This document shows, in pieces, positions 39,518 through 49,085 of a stretch of 62,727 nucleotides of DNA. The stretch is taken from assembly GCA_038230375.1 (NCBI GenBank), contig JBBRNJ010000055.1, forward strand, positions 1 through 62,727. The letters run 5' to 3'. Positions within the stretch are counted from its first letter, which is position 1; every line of letters begins with the position of its first letter. The notes under the pieces are model-generated. The model saw only the letters and a program-made list of their open reading frames with translations. It was not told the origin of the DNA and did not search any database. Origin of the DNA: Polyangiales bacterium. Its GTDB lineage: Bacteria > Myxococcota_A > Polyangia > Polyangiales > Polyangiaceae. A program made the position numbers and the translations under genes.

Positions 39518-41881
39518 GTGAGCCCCCGCCTCATGGATTCGCGCCGCCCGAGTCTCCCGCCCGACAGTGTCGCGCCGTGCCCGGCCTGCGGCAAGCAGGT
39601 GGACGTGTTGCGCGCGGGACAGGTCGCGATCATCGCGGGTCGCTTCCTCTACTTCTGCGATGCGACCTGCAAGGCCGACTACGTCGTGTCGCTCTCGAGC
39701 GCGCAGCTCTCGGCGGAGACACAGGAGCCGCCGAAGGTCGCATCGCTCTCGATGCCCACGCAACCCGAGGTTGCGCCGCGCCCATCCTCCGCGCGCCTGG
39801 AGGCCGCGCCCAGCGTTCCGTCCTCTCGCAAGGTCCCGGCGTTCCCATCGGTCGAGAGCCCGCCGTCATCCTCGCCGTCCGACGCGCCTCCACCTCCGGA
39901 CTCTGGCGATCTGCCTGCAGCGCCCCCGTCGATCGACCTGGGCCGGATGCCCATGTCCGAGGCGCAGCCCAGCTCCCGGATGCAAGCCGCAGCTGTCGCA
40001 AGCGGTCCGCCCGAGAGCTTCCTCTGGCTCGATGGCGCTGCCATTGCGCTCGGCCTGCTCTCGGCGATGATCGCGCTCGCAGGTCCGTTCGCGGCGGTCG
40101 TACGTGCGCCACTCGCGCTTCTCGCGGCAGCCGCGTTCCTCGCGAGCGAGCTGCTCCGGCGTGCGGAGGCTCCCGAGTCGTCCGCATGGGTGCGGCTGGC
40201 GCCTGTGCTCGTGTCCATCGGCGCGAGCGCGGTCGCGATGATCGCGTCGTCACCGCACGCTCCGCGCATGGCATCGCTCCTGGGCCTTCTCTGCGCCCAG
40301 CTGGCCGCTGCGTCTGCGATGGCAAAGCGCCAGCGCCGCGGCGTGCGCGACGCGCGTGCGAGCATCGTGAAGCGGCTCGACGTGTCATGTCGCGTCGTTG
40401 CATTCGGGACCGATGAGACAACGACCATCCCCGCGGCTGCGGTGAAGGCTGGCGAGCAGATCGTCGTCGACGCTGGAGAGATCGTGGGCGTCGATGGCGT
40501 CGTGCTCTCGGGCGAAGCGGACGTCGTCTTCTGGCTCGATGGGCACACGGTGGGCAAGAAGCGCGACGGAGATCCGATCGTCGCAGGTGCGAAGCTTCAA
40601 ACGGGCAAGCTGCGTATCGCGGCGACCTTCTCGGGCCAGGAGCGCGCGTTCGTGCGCACGGTCGTCTCGCCCGGCCTTCGCGCGGACCTCGCCGATCCAC
40701 AGGTGGTCCTGTTCCGTATGTGGCTCGAGCGCGGAGTCGTGCCCGTCGCGGTGCTCGCCGGCGGCGCGGCGTTCGCGCTTGGCGCAAAGCTTCCAGATGC
40801 GGTCGCCGTGGCGGCCGCGGCGCTGGGAGCGTTCGCGGTTCCTTCACTCGTCACCGCGCTTGCGCTGTCCAGCGCTCGTGCGCAGCTCGCGGCGCTCGCC
40901 CGCGGAATCGTCTACAAGGACGGACGCGCATTCGACCTTGCGAGCAAGGCCGACGTGGCGGTCGTCTGTTCTCGCGGCACCGTGCTCCTGGGCGAGCCAG
41001 AGCTCGTGAGCGTGGACTCGTTCGGGTTGCCAGTCGACCGCATCCTGTCACTCGCCGCCGGCGCAGAGACTGCGTCGTCGCATCCATTCGCGCTCGCCAT
41101 CCTCCACGCAGCGAAGGCTCGAACCCTTGCTCCGGAGGCAGTGCGGAGCGCGGTGGTTCACCCAGGCCTGGGCGTCACCGCGCTTGCGGCGTCGGGCGAT
41201 CGCATCGTCGTGGGCAGTCGTGGCTTCTTGCTCAAGGAGAAAGTGTCGATCGCAGTGGCGGAGTCGAAGCTTGCAGAGATGGAGGGGCAAGGCCGCAGTG
41301 CGATGCTCGTTGCGCTCGCGGGAAAGCTGGTCGGCGTGATCGCGCTCCAGGACGGGCTTCGTCCAGGCGCACGTGCCGCCATGCGACGGTTGCATGATGC
41401 ACGTATCGAGCCAGTGCTTCTCAGCGGCGAGTCGCGCGATACGTGCGAGACGATCGCGCGCGCTCTGGAGATCGACCACGTGCGACCAGAGGTGCTCTCG
41501 CAGGAGCGTGGTGCTGAGGTGCGCGCGCTCCGCGAGGGTGGCCACATGGTCGCGGTGCTGGGCCATGCGTCGAGCGATGATGGCGCGCTCGGCGGTGCCG
41601 ACGTCTCGGTCGCGCTCGCCGCCCTGGGCACCTCGCCCGCGGAGTGGTCCGCGCAGCTCGCCTCCGACGACGTGCGCGATGCGACGCTTGCGCTCACCCT
41701 TCCGCGCGCCGAGAAGGAGCGAGCACGTCGGGCGCTGCTCTTCGCGCTCACGGTGCCAGCGGCATCGGTGCTGGCGGTCGCGGCAGCACTCGTCCCGCCA
41801 GAAGCTCATCCAATGGCCGGTATCATTGCGTCAATACTCGTGTTTTGGGTGTCCCGACCCGAAGAGCGTTCGGAGGCGTGA
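39518..41881 (+). CDS. Degenerate P1B-type ATPase homologue with N-terminal TRASH/YHS-like Cys motif
   Basis: P1B layout recognisable (GEIVGVDG, GIVYKDG, SSHPFA, PGLGV, DGLRPGA); CSRGT at DKTGT, LSGE at TGD, GHASSD at GDGxND; N-terminal CPAC...YFCDATC. Confidence 0.85.
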   Translation: MSPRLMDSRRPSLPPDSVAPCPACGKQVDVLRAGQVAIIAGRFLYFCDATCKADYVVSLSSAQLSAETQEPPKVASLSMPTQPEVAPRPSSARLEAAPSVPSSRKVPAFPSVESPPSSSPSDAPPPPDSGDLPAAPPSIDLGRMPMSEAQPSSRMQAAAVASGPPESFLWLDGAAIALGLLSAMIALAGPFAAVVRAPLALLAAAAFLASELLRRAEAPESSAWVRLAPVLVSIGASAVAMIASSPHAPRMASLLGLLCAQLAAASAMAKRQRRGVRDARASIVKRLDVSCRVVAFGTDETTTIPAAAVKAGEQIVVDAGEIVGVDGVVLSGEADVVFWLDGHTVGKKRDGDPIVAGAKLQTGKLRIAATFSGQERAFVRTVVSPGLRADLADPQVVLFRMWLERGVVPVAVLAGGAAFALGAKLPDAVAVAAAALGAFAVPSLVTALALSSARAQLAALARGIVYKDGRAFDLASKADVAVVCSRGTVLLGEPELVSVDSFGLPVDRILSLAAGAETASSHPFALAILHAAKARTLAPEAVRSAVVHPGLGVTALAASGDRIVVGSRGFLLKEKVSIAVAESKLAEMEGQGRSAMLVALAGKLVGVIALQDGLRPGARAAMRRLHDARIEPVLLSGESRDTCETIARALEIDHVRPEVLSQERGAEVRALREGGHMVAVLGHASSDDGALGGADVSVALAALGTSPAEWSAQLASDDVRDATLALTLPRAEKERARRALLFALTVPAASVLAVAAALVPPEAHPMAGIIASILVFWVSRPEERSEA

Positions 41882-42032
41882 CCTACGGCTGGTGGACGTA
41901 CGTTCATGTCGGGAAGCGGCGCGGGCGGAGCGGCGGATGGACGTTTCACTTCCGAAGACATTGAACTGTCCTCTTCCGCAATTGCTCGATATTCTTCCAT
42001 GAGAGCGGGAGTTCATCTCGCGTGGAGTGGGC

Positions 42033-44984
42033 ATGGCCAAGGCCGAGGGCGGTCCGGGCGACCGCGTCGGAACAGTCATAAAAGGCAAATGGACCATCGA
42101 ATCCCTCTTGGGCGTCGGTGGCATGGCATCCGTGTATGCAGCGCAGCACCGCAATGGGCAGCGCGCTGCGCTCAAGATCCTCCACACGGACTTCGCGCGC
42201 GAGAAGACCATCTGTGACCGCTTCCTTCGCGAGGCGTATGTCTCCAACAAGGTGAACCACCCCGCGACGGTGCAGGTCCTCGACGACGACATGTGCGAGT
42301 CGGGCGAGCCCTTCCTCGTCATGGAGCTCCTCGAGGGCGAAACAGTCCGCGACGCCTGGAAGAAGTCGGGGCGGACCATGCCCGTGCCGCGCGTGATGCA
42401 GATCTCCGAGCGCGTGCTCGACTGCCTCTCGTCGTGTCACGCGATCGGGGTCATTCACCGCGATCTGAAGCCCGCCAACATCTTCATCACCGACAAGGGT
42501 GTGATCAAGGTGCTCGACTTTGGCGTCGCCCAGATGCGCGATGCCACCGCCGAGCGGACCGCGACAGGCACGGCGCTCGGTACGCCTGCGTACATGTCGC
42601 CCGAGCAAGCGATGGGCCTCGTCGATCAGCTCGACGGCCGCGCCGACCTCTTCTCCGTTGGCGCCATGATGCACGCGCTCATCACGGGGCACCGCATCAA
42701 CAACGGCCGCACCGAGCAAGAAGCGCTCGTCATGGCCGCCACGAAGCCCGTGCCGTCCGTTGCGCGCATCGCACCGAACCTCGCCATCGACGTCATCCAC
42801 GTCGTCGACAAATCGCTCGCGTGGGACCGCCGAAATCGCTACGGCGACGCGCGCGAGATGCAGGCGGCCTGTCTCGAGGTCCTCGCAAAGAACAACACAG
42901 AGGCGCTCACGAGCGGTGGACCAGCACCGCGGCCGAACGAGGTCGTCGCGCCGCCGCCACCCGCGGTCAAGGTCACCGCGCAGCCAGCCAGCAGCGCATC
43001 AGCGCCACAGGTCGCGCCGAACAATCCGCTGGAGGTCCCGCAGCCGCGGAAGCAAACGGCGCCGGTCGCCGCCATCGCTGCCCCTGCGCCGAAGTCGTCG
43101 CTCGGCTTCGGGGGCGCACCACAGACCGCGCCAAAGCAGTCGCTCGGCTTCGGGGGCGCACAAGTACCAGCAGCCTTCCAGGTCGACATCCAGACGCGCG
43201 GTACGCCCGGCGGTGCAGCCCCTGCGCCTGTCCAGCCGCTCGCGCCCGGCAAGCAGCCCGACGCACCCGAGAACGATCCGCGTGTCCAGGGGCTGCGCGA
43301 TCTGATGAAGCACGTGGATCGTCTTCTGCCGAACGTGCGTCAGTTTGGTTGGTCGCACCCTGCGACGGAGCGTTCGCTGCGCACCGGCCATGACGCGTTC
43401 GCTTCCACGCTCGTGATGAATCGCGACCTCGTGAACCTCACGATTCGCCCCTATTCCTTCATGACGCTCGGGCAGTCCGTCTGGGAGCCTGGCGCGCCGT
43501 TCGATGCCATTCCGTACAACCTCTTCGCGTGCGGCATGCGCTCCCTGCGCATCGATGCAGGCGTGACGCTCGACGAGTTCCGTGACCTCTTCCAGTTGCT
43601 GATGCTCGACCCCGGTCGCGATCTACCTCCCGAGGACGATCTTGCGGCGGCGCTCTGGGAGAAGGGGCTCATGCACGTGAAGTACGAGCTCGTCGACGCA
43701 TTCGCCGAAGGCGACGCGAGCGAGCGTGAGCAGTTCTATGGGGAAGCGGACGAGCTAGAAGCGCAGGCAGAGGCTGCAGCGCGCACTCACGTGAGCAACG
43801 TCGAAGCGCGCGCCATGAACGTGTCCACTGATCGCAGCGCGCTCTCCCAGGCGCGTGCGCCATCGCCGTTTGCGCTGGACGACGTCACCAAGAGCGTGGT
43901 GCTCCAGCAGTTCGAGATGAACCGCGAGCTCTGGAGCGATCGCTACGTCGACGCCTTGATGGAGGGACTGCTCGACGCAGCGAAGAACCGCGACGCTCCG
44001 CTGATGCTCACGTCGCTGCGAAAGAGCGCAGCGGACCTTGCGGTCGTCGGCAGGATCGAGATCGTCGTTCGTCTCCACGCCGTGCTTCTGGAGCGCATGC
44101 AGGTGAGGATCACGGAGCCGCAGACGCTTGCCGGCCTCGTTGCCGGCCTCACGAACGCGATGTTCGGCGGCGAGACGCTCGAGCTGATGTTGAAGCGCCT
44201 GCGCGAGGACCCCACGGGCGTCGACGCGTTCGTCGCGGTCCTTGCCATGATGAGCGCGAACGAGCTGCCCACCATTCTCCGCAGCCTGCGCGAAGGTCAC
44301 GCCCCCGCGGTTCGCAACGTGCTTGCGCAGTTCGTGGAGCGCGCGCTACCGAACCGCGAGGCAGAGGTCGCGCAGGCCGCGATCGGCACGGATCCGGAGA
44401 CGGCGGGCGTGCTCCTCCGCATCCTCGGACGCGCGCAGACCATGGGTGCGCGCCAGATCCTGTCGCAGCTCGCCCAGCACGAGGACGTCAACGTCCGCAT
44501 CGAGGCGCGCGTGATGATGTCGGCCTCACCCGAGCAAGCCCAGAACGAGGTGAACGGCCTCATCGAGAACCAGAACGTCTTCATTCGTCTCGCGGCGCTG
44601 CGCGCGGCCATTCGCTTCGGCCTGCGGGGCTCGTGGCCGAACGTAGCGCGCGCGGTCAACGGAAAGGCCTTCCCTGAGCTCGGCTCGGACGAGCGCCGCG
44701 AGCTGCTGCGTGCACTTCTGGTGCTGTCGCCAGAGCGCGGTGAGCCCATTGCCCTCGAGCTCGCGAAGAAGGGCGGAGTCCTCGTGTCCGGAGAGCGCGA
44801 GGCGACCCGCGCGATCGCGGCCGAGGTGCTCGGTGATTGTTCGCGCTCGATGACCGTGGCGCACGCCTTGAACGAGCTCGCGCAGACGCGGTGGGGCATC
44901 TCCGAGGAGACGCGTCAGGCGTCCATCGTTGCGGCCAAGAAGATCGCCTCGCGTGTCGAGATGGGAGGTCAGCCCGCCGCATGA
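42033..44984 (+). CDS. Cytoplasmic Ser/Thr kinase with C-terminal HEAT-like repeats
   Basis: LGVGGMASV, ALK, HRDLKPAN, DFG, GTPAYMSPEQ; no TM; helical repeats such as HEDVNVRIEA, NQNVFIRLAALRA. Confidence 0.9.
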   Translation: MAKAEGGPGDRVGTVIKGKWTIESLLGVGGMASVYAAQHRNGQRAALKILHTDFAREKTICDRFLREAYVSNKVNHPATVQVLDDDMCESGEPFLVMELLEGETVRDAWKKSGRTMPVPRVMQISERVLDCLSSCHAIGVIHRDLKPANIFITDKGVIKVLDFGVAQMRDATAERTATGTALGTPAYMSPEQAMGLVDQLDGRADLFSVGAMMHALITGHRINNGRTEQEALVMAATKPVPSVARIAPNLAIDVIHVVDKSLAWDRRNRYGDAREMQAACLEVLAKNNTEALTSGGPAPRPNEVVAPPPPAVKVTAQPASSASAPQVAPNNPLEVPQPRKQTAPVAAIAAPAPKSSLGFGGAPQTAPKQSLGFGGAQVPAAFQVDIQTRGTPGGAAPAPVQPLAPGKQPDAPENDPRVQGLRDLMKHVDRLLPNVRQFGWSHPATERSLRTGHDAFASTLVMNRDLVNLTIRPYSFMTLGQSVWEPGAPFDAIPYNLFACGMRSLRIDAGVTLDEFRDLFQLLMLDPGRDLPPEDDLAAALWEKGLMHVKYELVDAFAEGDASEREQFYGEADELEAQAEAAARTHVSNVEARAMNVSTDRSALSQARAPSPFALDDVTKSVVLQQFEMNRELWSDRYVDALMEGLLDAAKNRDAPLMLTSLRKSAADLAVVGRIEIVVRLHAVLLERMQVRITEPQTLAGLVAGLTNAMFGGETLELMLKRLREDPTGVDAFVAVLAMMSANELPTILRSLREGHAPAVRNVLAQFVERALPNREAEVAQAAIGTDPETAGVLLRILGRAQTMGARQILSQLAQHEDVNVRIEARVMMSASPEQAQNEVNGLIENQNVFIRLAALRAAIRFGLRGSWPNVARAVNGKAFPELGSDERRELLRALLVLSPERGEPIALELAKKGGVLVSGEREATRAIAAEVLGDCSRSMTVAHALNELAQTRWGISEETRQASIVAAKKIASRVEMGGQPAA

Positions 44985-47900
44985 CGATGCGTCTGGACAT
45001 CGTCACCAACGACGCGGGCGAGAACGTCCGCAAGGAGCACGCGCGCGAGCTCGGCTCTGGTGTCGTCGTGGCCGTGTATCGCCTGCTGAAGCTCGCGCAG
45101 ATGCACAACCTGTCGAATCAGGCGTTCATCCAGCAGCTGGACTCCACGTACCAGATCATCGGTGACTACTGTCTGAAGTCTGGCCAGGGCGTCAACTTCC
45201 TCTTCGCAGACAAGGCGGTCTTCGTCGCGGGGCAGCTACTGAAAGGCTCGCGTCAGACCTACGAGCAGGCGAGCGAGCTCGGGAAGATCTGCGAATGGCT
45301 CGGCGGCGCCGAGGTCATCATCGCGCGTGAGGTCACGCGTGAGGAGCTCCACGCGCTCGCCGAGTCCGTGTCCGCTGCGATGCGCGCAGAGCGAAACACA
45401 TTCCAGAGCCCCACGCCGCGCATCCGCATCCGGCCCGTCGGCGACGTGCTCCGCGGTCTCGAGATCGAGGACCTCACGCAGGAGCAACGCATCGTGCGGA
45501 CGTACGCGTCTGCCGTCGTCATCCTTCGCCGCTTCTTCGAGGACCTCCACAACTCCCGGTACATCCTCCCGCGCCGCATCAAGCGTATCGCGCAGAGCCT
45601 CGTCGATCTGTCCGACGGCAACAACGCCGCGTTCCTCGGAGTCACCGAGGCGCGAAACGCCAACCACGACGAGGCCGGTCGCGCCGTCAACTCGGCGATC
45701 CTCGCCGTCACCATCGCGCGACAGGTGACCCAGGATCGTCCGACGCTCTCGCAGATCGCGATGGCGGCGATGATGCACGACGTCGCCAGGCCGCGCGCGT
45801 TCGCCATCTCGGCCTCGGCGATGGCCAGCATGGGCGCAAACGTGGGAGCCATGGCGCCCTCGCTCTCCGAGGAGCAGGAAGATCACATGGCTGCGGGCGC
45901 GGCCGCTGTGCTCACAGCGCTTGGTCGCGTGAACGAGCCCTCGATCACGCGCACAGTCGTGGCGTTCGAGGCGCTCTGGCTCCGTCGAAAGCGGTGGCTA
46001 GGAGCTTTGTACCAGGGTCTCCGCCCGCCCACGATTCATGCGCGGATCATGTGGGTCGCGCGCCGCTACAACGACCTCATGACGCCCGAGCCGGGCCTTC
46101 TGCCGGACACGGCGGACGTCGGCATCGCGCAGCTCTCCGAGGAGCTGACGGATCCCACGGACAAGACCGTGCTGCGCATGCTCGTGGCGGCGCTCGGTGT
46201 CGTGCCGGTGGGCACGCTGGTGCAGCTCAACACGGGTGAGGTAGGCGAGGTCACGCGCGGCACACTCTCCGCCGACGAGAAGCCACTCGTTCACGTCACG
46301 ATGGACGCGAAGGGGAACAACTTTGCGCAGCCGATCGACGTGGATCTTGCGCGGCCCGCTCCCGGTCAGCCCCCGCGCAGCGTCGCGCGCATCTTGTCGA
46401 TCGACGGATGGAAAAAGCTGCTCGAAGGCAAGCGCAAGAACTCGCCGGGCGGTGATGAGCACGGCGCGCTCGACTACGACGAGGCACCGGCATGGGAGTC
46501 GAACTCTCCGCCCGCGCCCGCACCGGCTGTTGCGATCACCCCCGCCGGTCCCGCACCAAAGCGCCAGGTGCAGACGGCCTTCAACGACGGCGGCGACCGC
46601 GCCACAGCTCCCGTCCCGCGCGAGATGAGCATCGACATCAACGCCGATGCGTTCACTGTGCCGCCGCCCGCGGTACCGTTTCCGTCGTCGCTCGTGCCCG
46701 GTGGCGAGGCACGCCCTACCGCGCCTGTACCCGCTGGGGACCACGGCAACAGCGAACCTGTCAGCAGCTCGGGAGTCTCCGTTGGCACCAGCCCATCGAT
46801 GGTTGGCGCTCACCTGGACTGGGAGCGTCATCACGCCCCGCCGTTCACGCCCACGGAGCCGCCGCAGAACACCGAGGAGCGCACCGTCTTCCAGGCGAGC
46901 GCGATCGACTCACCCGTGGTGGAGCGCCCTCTCCCGCGGATGCCGGAGCCAACCGCGCGCGGCGATCTCGCGTCCACGCCGCTCGCGCACGTCCTGGTCT
47001 ACATGCTCGACCACCAGCTCACCGGCAGCGTGGTCTTCACGGAGCAGAACGGGACCGAGCACACGGTGTATTTCATGCGTGGAGTGCCCGGCAAGGCGAA
47101 GCTCGGCTTCGACTTTGCGCTTCTCGGCGAGCTCCTCTCGCGCGCGGGAGCACTGGACGAAGGTCAGGTCGATCACTACGTCGGCGGTGCGCGTCGCCTT
47201 GGCGTGCTGCTTGGTGAGTACCTCGCCGGACATGACGTCGTCTCACGCGACACTCTCGCATGGGCGCTGGAGACTCAGGTGCTGGAGAAGGTCTCCGGGC
47301 TGGCCAACCTGCCGCCGGAGACCACGTACGCATACTACCGCGACATGAACCTCCTCGACACGTGGGGAGGTGAGCTGTCGCTGAGTGATCCTCTGAACGC
47401 CGTGCTCGCGGTGGTCCGCGCGTGGAGCGATCGCGCACGCATCAAGGCCACCCTCAACCGCATCGGCAAGCACCCGCTCATCCTGAGCGACGAAGCGGAT
47501 CTCTATGGGCTGATCCTCTCCGAGGAGGAGCAGTCCATCCTCGACCTCATTGGGTCGGAGAAGCTGCAGCTCAACGATCTCGCCACCCGCCAGGTCGCCG
47601 ACGACGAGACGATCAGCGCCCTCGTCTACACACTCGCGGTGACACGTCAGTTCGCGTTCAAGGGTCAGAAGAAAGGCCCCATGGCACCGCGCGGCTCGCC
47701 ACTGCGGGCGCAGCAAGCCGGTGGAGGCGGCGGCGTCAACAAGGCGCTCATGCAGACCAACACGGATTCGATCCCGGTCCAGCAAGAGTCTGTTCCTGCC
47801 CCTGCGCCTGCCCCTGCCCCTGCCGCGTCCCGCTCGGCGCAGAAGCCCGCCGCCTCTCCCAAGGCGCCCCCCGTGGAGAGGCCCGCGGAAAGGCCCATCG

Positions 47901-49078
47901 AGAGGCCACCCACCGCGTCCGCACAGAAGGCGCCGAGTCCCAAGCCGGGCGCGACAGCCGGCGCTCGGCCTGTCGCCGGCGGCACCATCCAGGGTCTGCA
48001 CCCGAACCAGCTCGAGAAGCTGATGGCGAGCAAGAGTGGCCCCAAGCCGGCGCCCTTGCCACCTCAGGCCAGCCCGTCGCGCTCGAACATGCAGGCCGCA
48101 AAGCCCGTTGCTGCTCCCATCAAGCAGACCGCCGCCGTCGTGAAGGCCGTACCCGCGCCGCCTGTTGCAGCGTCCGCAGCCTCCGCGGGTCGTGTGCCCG
48201 TTGCAGGCCCGCCCAGCGTGGGCCGCGTCCCCGTGCCGCCCGCGAGCGCTGGTCGCGTTCAGGCCGGCATTCCAGCTGTAGGCTCACAACCTGGAGAGAA
48301 GCCGCGTGTGCCGCAGATCAGGCCCGTGGGCGGCGGCAAGGTCCCGCAGATCAGGCCCATCGCGCCTTCTATCGGCAAGATGCTCGCGGCGCCGGTCTCG
48401 AAGGTCGCGGCCGCGCCGGTCTCGAAGGTCGCGGGCGCGCCTGCCTCGAAGATCGCCGTCGCTGGACCTGCGCTCGCGCCGAAAGTTGGACCGCCGCCCG
48501 CGAGTCAGCGCATGGTTGCGGCGCCCTCGTCGAGTCAGGTCACGGCGCCCAGGCCTCCCCCGCCTGCGCTGCGGCGGCCGCAGATCCCCGTCGAACCCGA
48601 ACCCACGCCGATCGAGCTGGATGACAATCGCGGCACGGTGCCGCCGGGCGCAGACGCGGAGGACGGCACGCTCGCGTTCGCGGATGCGGGCGCCGCGGAG
48701 GCGGAGCTTGCCATCGAGGCAATGACCAACTTCCGGCTCGCCGATACGGCGCTCCAGCGCAACAACCTGGTGGACGCCGAGAAGCTTGCACTCAAGGCCG
48801 TCGACGCTGATCCGAACCAGCCCGAGTATCGCGTGCTCCTCGTGTGGGTCCAGGCGATGCGCGCAAACAACAATGGCGCCTTCGAATCCGCCATCGCGTC
48901 GATCACAAAGCTGATCGACGAGGACCCGTCGAACGAGCGCGCGTTCCTCTATCGCGGTCGCTTCTTCAAGAAGCTCGGACGCATCGAGCCTGCGCTGGAG
49001 GACTTCGCCGCAGTCCTGGATCTCAATCCCTCCAACCGCGAGGCTCAGGCCGAGGCGCGCGCGCTCAAGAAGAAGTAG
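44981..49078 (+). CDS. Multidomain protein: degenerate HD-GYP-like domain, DUF4388-like domain, Pro/Ala linker, C-terminal TPRs
   Basis: AAMMHDV, GVVPVGTLVQLNTGEVG; RGDLASTPLAHVL..LTGSV..VYFMRG; TPRs near C-terminus; ATGA overlap with kinase. Confidence 0.8.
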   Translation: MTMRLDIVTNDAGENVRKEHARELGSGVVVAVYRLLKLAQMHNLSNQAFIQQLDSTYQIIGDYCLKSGQGVNFLFADKAVFVAGQLLKGSRQTYEQASELGKICEWLGGAEVIIAREVTREELHALAESVSAAMRAERNTFQSPTPRIRIRPVGDVLRGLEIEDLTQEQRIVRTYASAVVILRRFFEDLHNSRYILPRRIKRIAQSLVDLSDGNNAAFLGVTEARNANHDEAGRAVNSAILAVTIARQVTQDRPTLSQIAMAAMMHDVARPRAFAISASAMASMGANVGAMAPSLSEEQEDHMAAGAAAVLTALGRVNEPSITRTVVAFEALWLRRKRWLGALYQGLRPPTIHARIMWVARRYNDLMTPEPGLLPDTADVGIAQLSEELTDPTDKTVLRMLVAALGVVPVGTLVQLNTGEVGEVTRGTLSADEKPLVHVTMDAKGNNFAQPIDVDLARPAPGQPPRSVARILSIDGWKKLLEGKRKNSPGGDEHGALDYDEAPAWESNSPPAPAPAVAITPAGPAPKRQVQTAFNDGGDRATAPVPREMSIDINADAFTVPPPAVPFPSSLVPGGEARPTAPVPAGDHGNSEPVSSSGVSVGTSPSMVGAHLDWERHHAPPFTPTEPPQNTEERTVFQASAIDSPVVERPLPRMPEPTARGDLASTPLAHVLVYMLDHQLTGSVVFTEQNGTEHTVYFMRGVPGKAKLGFDFALLGELLSRAGALDEGQVDHYVGGARRLGVLLGEYLAGHDVVSRDTLAWALETQVLEKVSGLANLPPETTYAYYRDMNLLDTWGGELSLSDPLNAVLAVVRAWSDRARIKATLNRIGKHPLILSDEADLYGLILSEEEQSILDLIGSEKLQLNDLATRQVADDETISALVYTLAVTRQFAFKGQKKGPMAPRGSPLRAQQAGGGGGVNKALMQTNTDSIPVQQESVPAPAPAPAPAASRSAQKPAASPKAPPVERPAERPIERPPTASAQKAPSPKPGATAGARPVAGGTIQGLHPNQLEKLMASKSGPKPAPLPPQASPSRSNMQAAKPVAAPIKQTAAVVKAVPAPPVAASAASAGRVPVAGPPSVGRVPVPPASAGRVQAGIPAVGSQPGEKPRVPQIRPVGGGKVPQIRPIAPSIGKMLAAPVSKVAAAPVSKVAGAPASKIAVAGPALAPKVGPPPASQRMVAAPSSSQVTAPRPPPPALRRPQIPVEPEPTPIELDDNRGTVPPGADAEDGTLAFADAGAAEAELAIEAMTNFRLADTALQRNNLVDAEKLALKAVDADPNQPEYRVLLVWVQAMRANNNGAFESAIASITKLIDEDPSNERAFLYRGRFFKKLGRIEPALEDFAAVLDLNPSNREAQAEARALKKK

Positions 49079-49085
49079 CCGCGTC

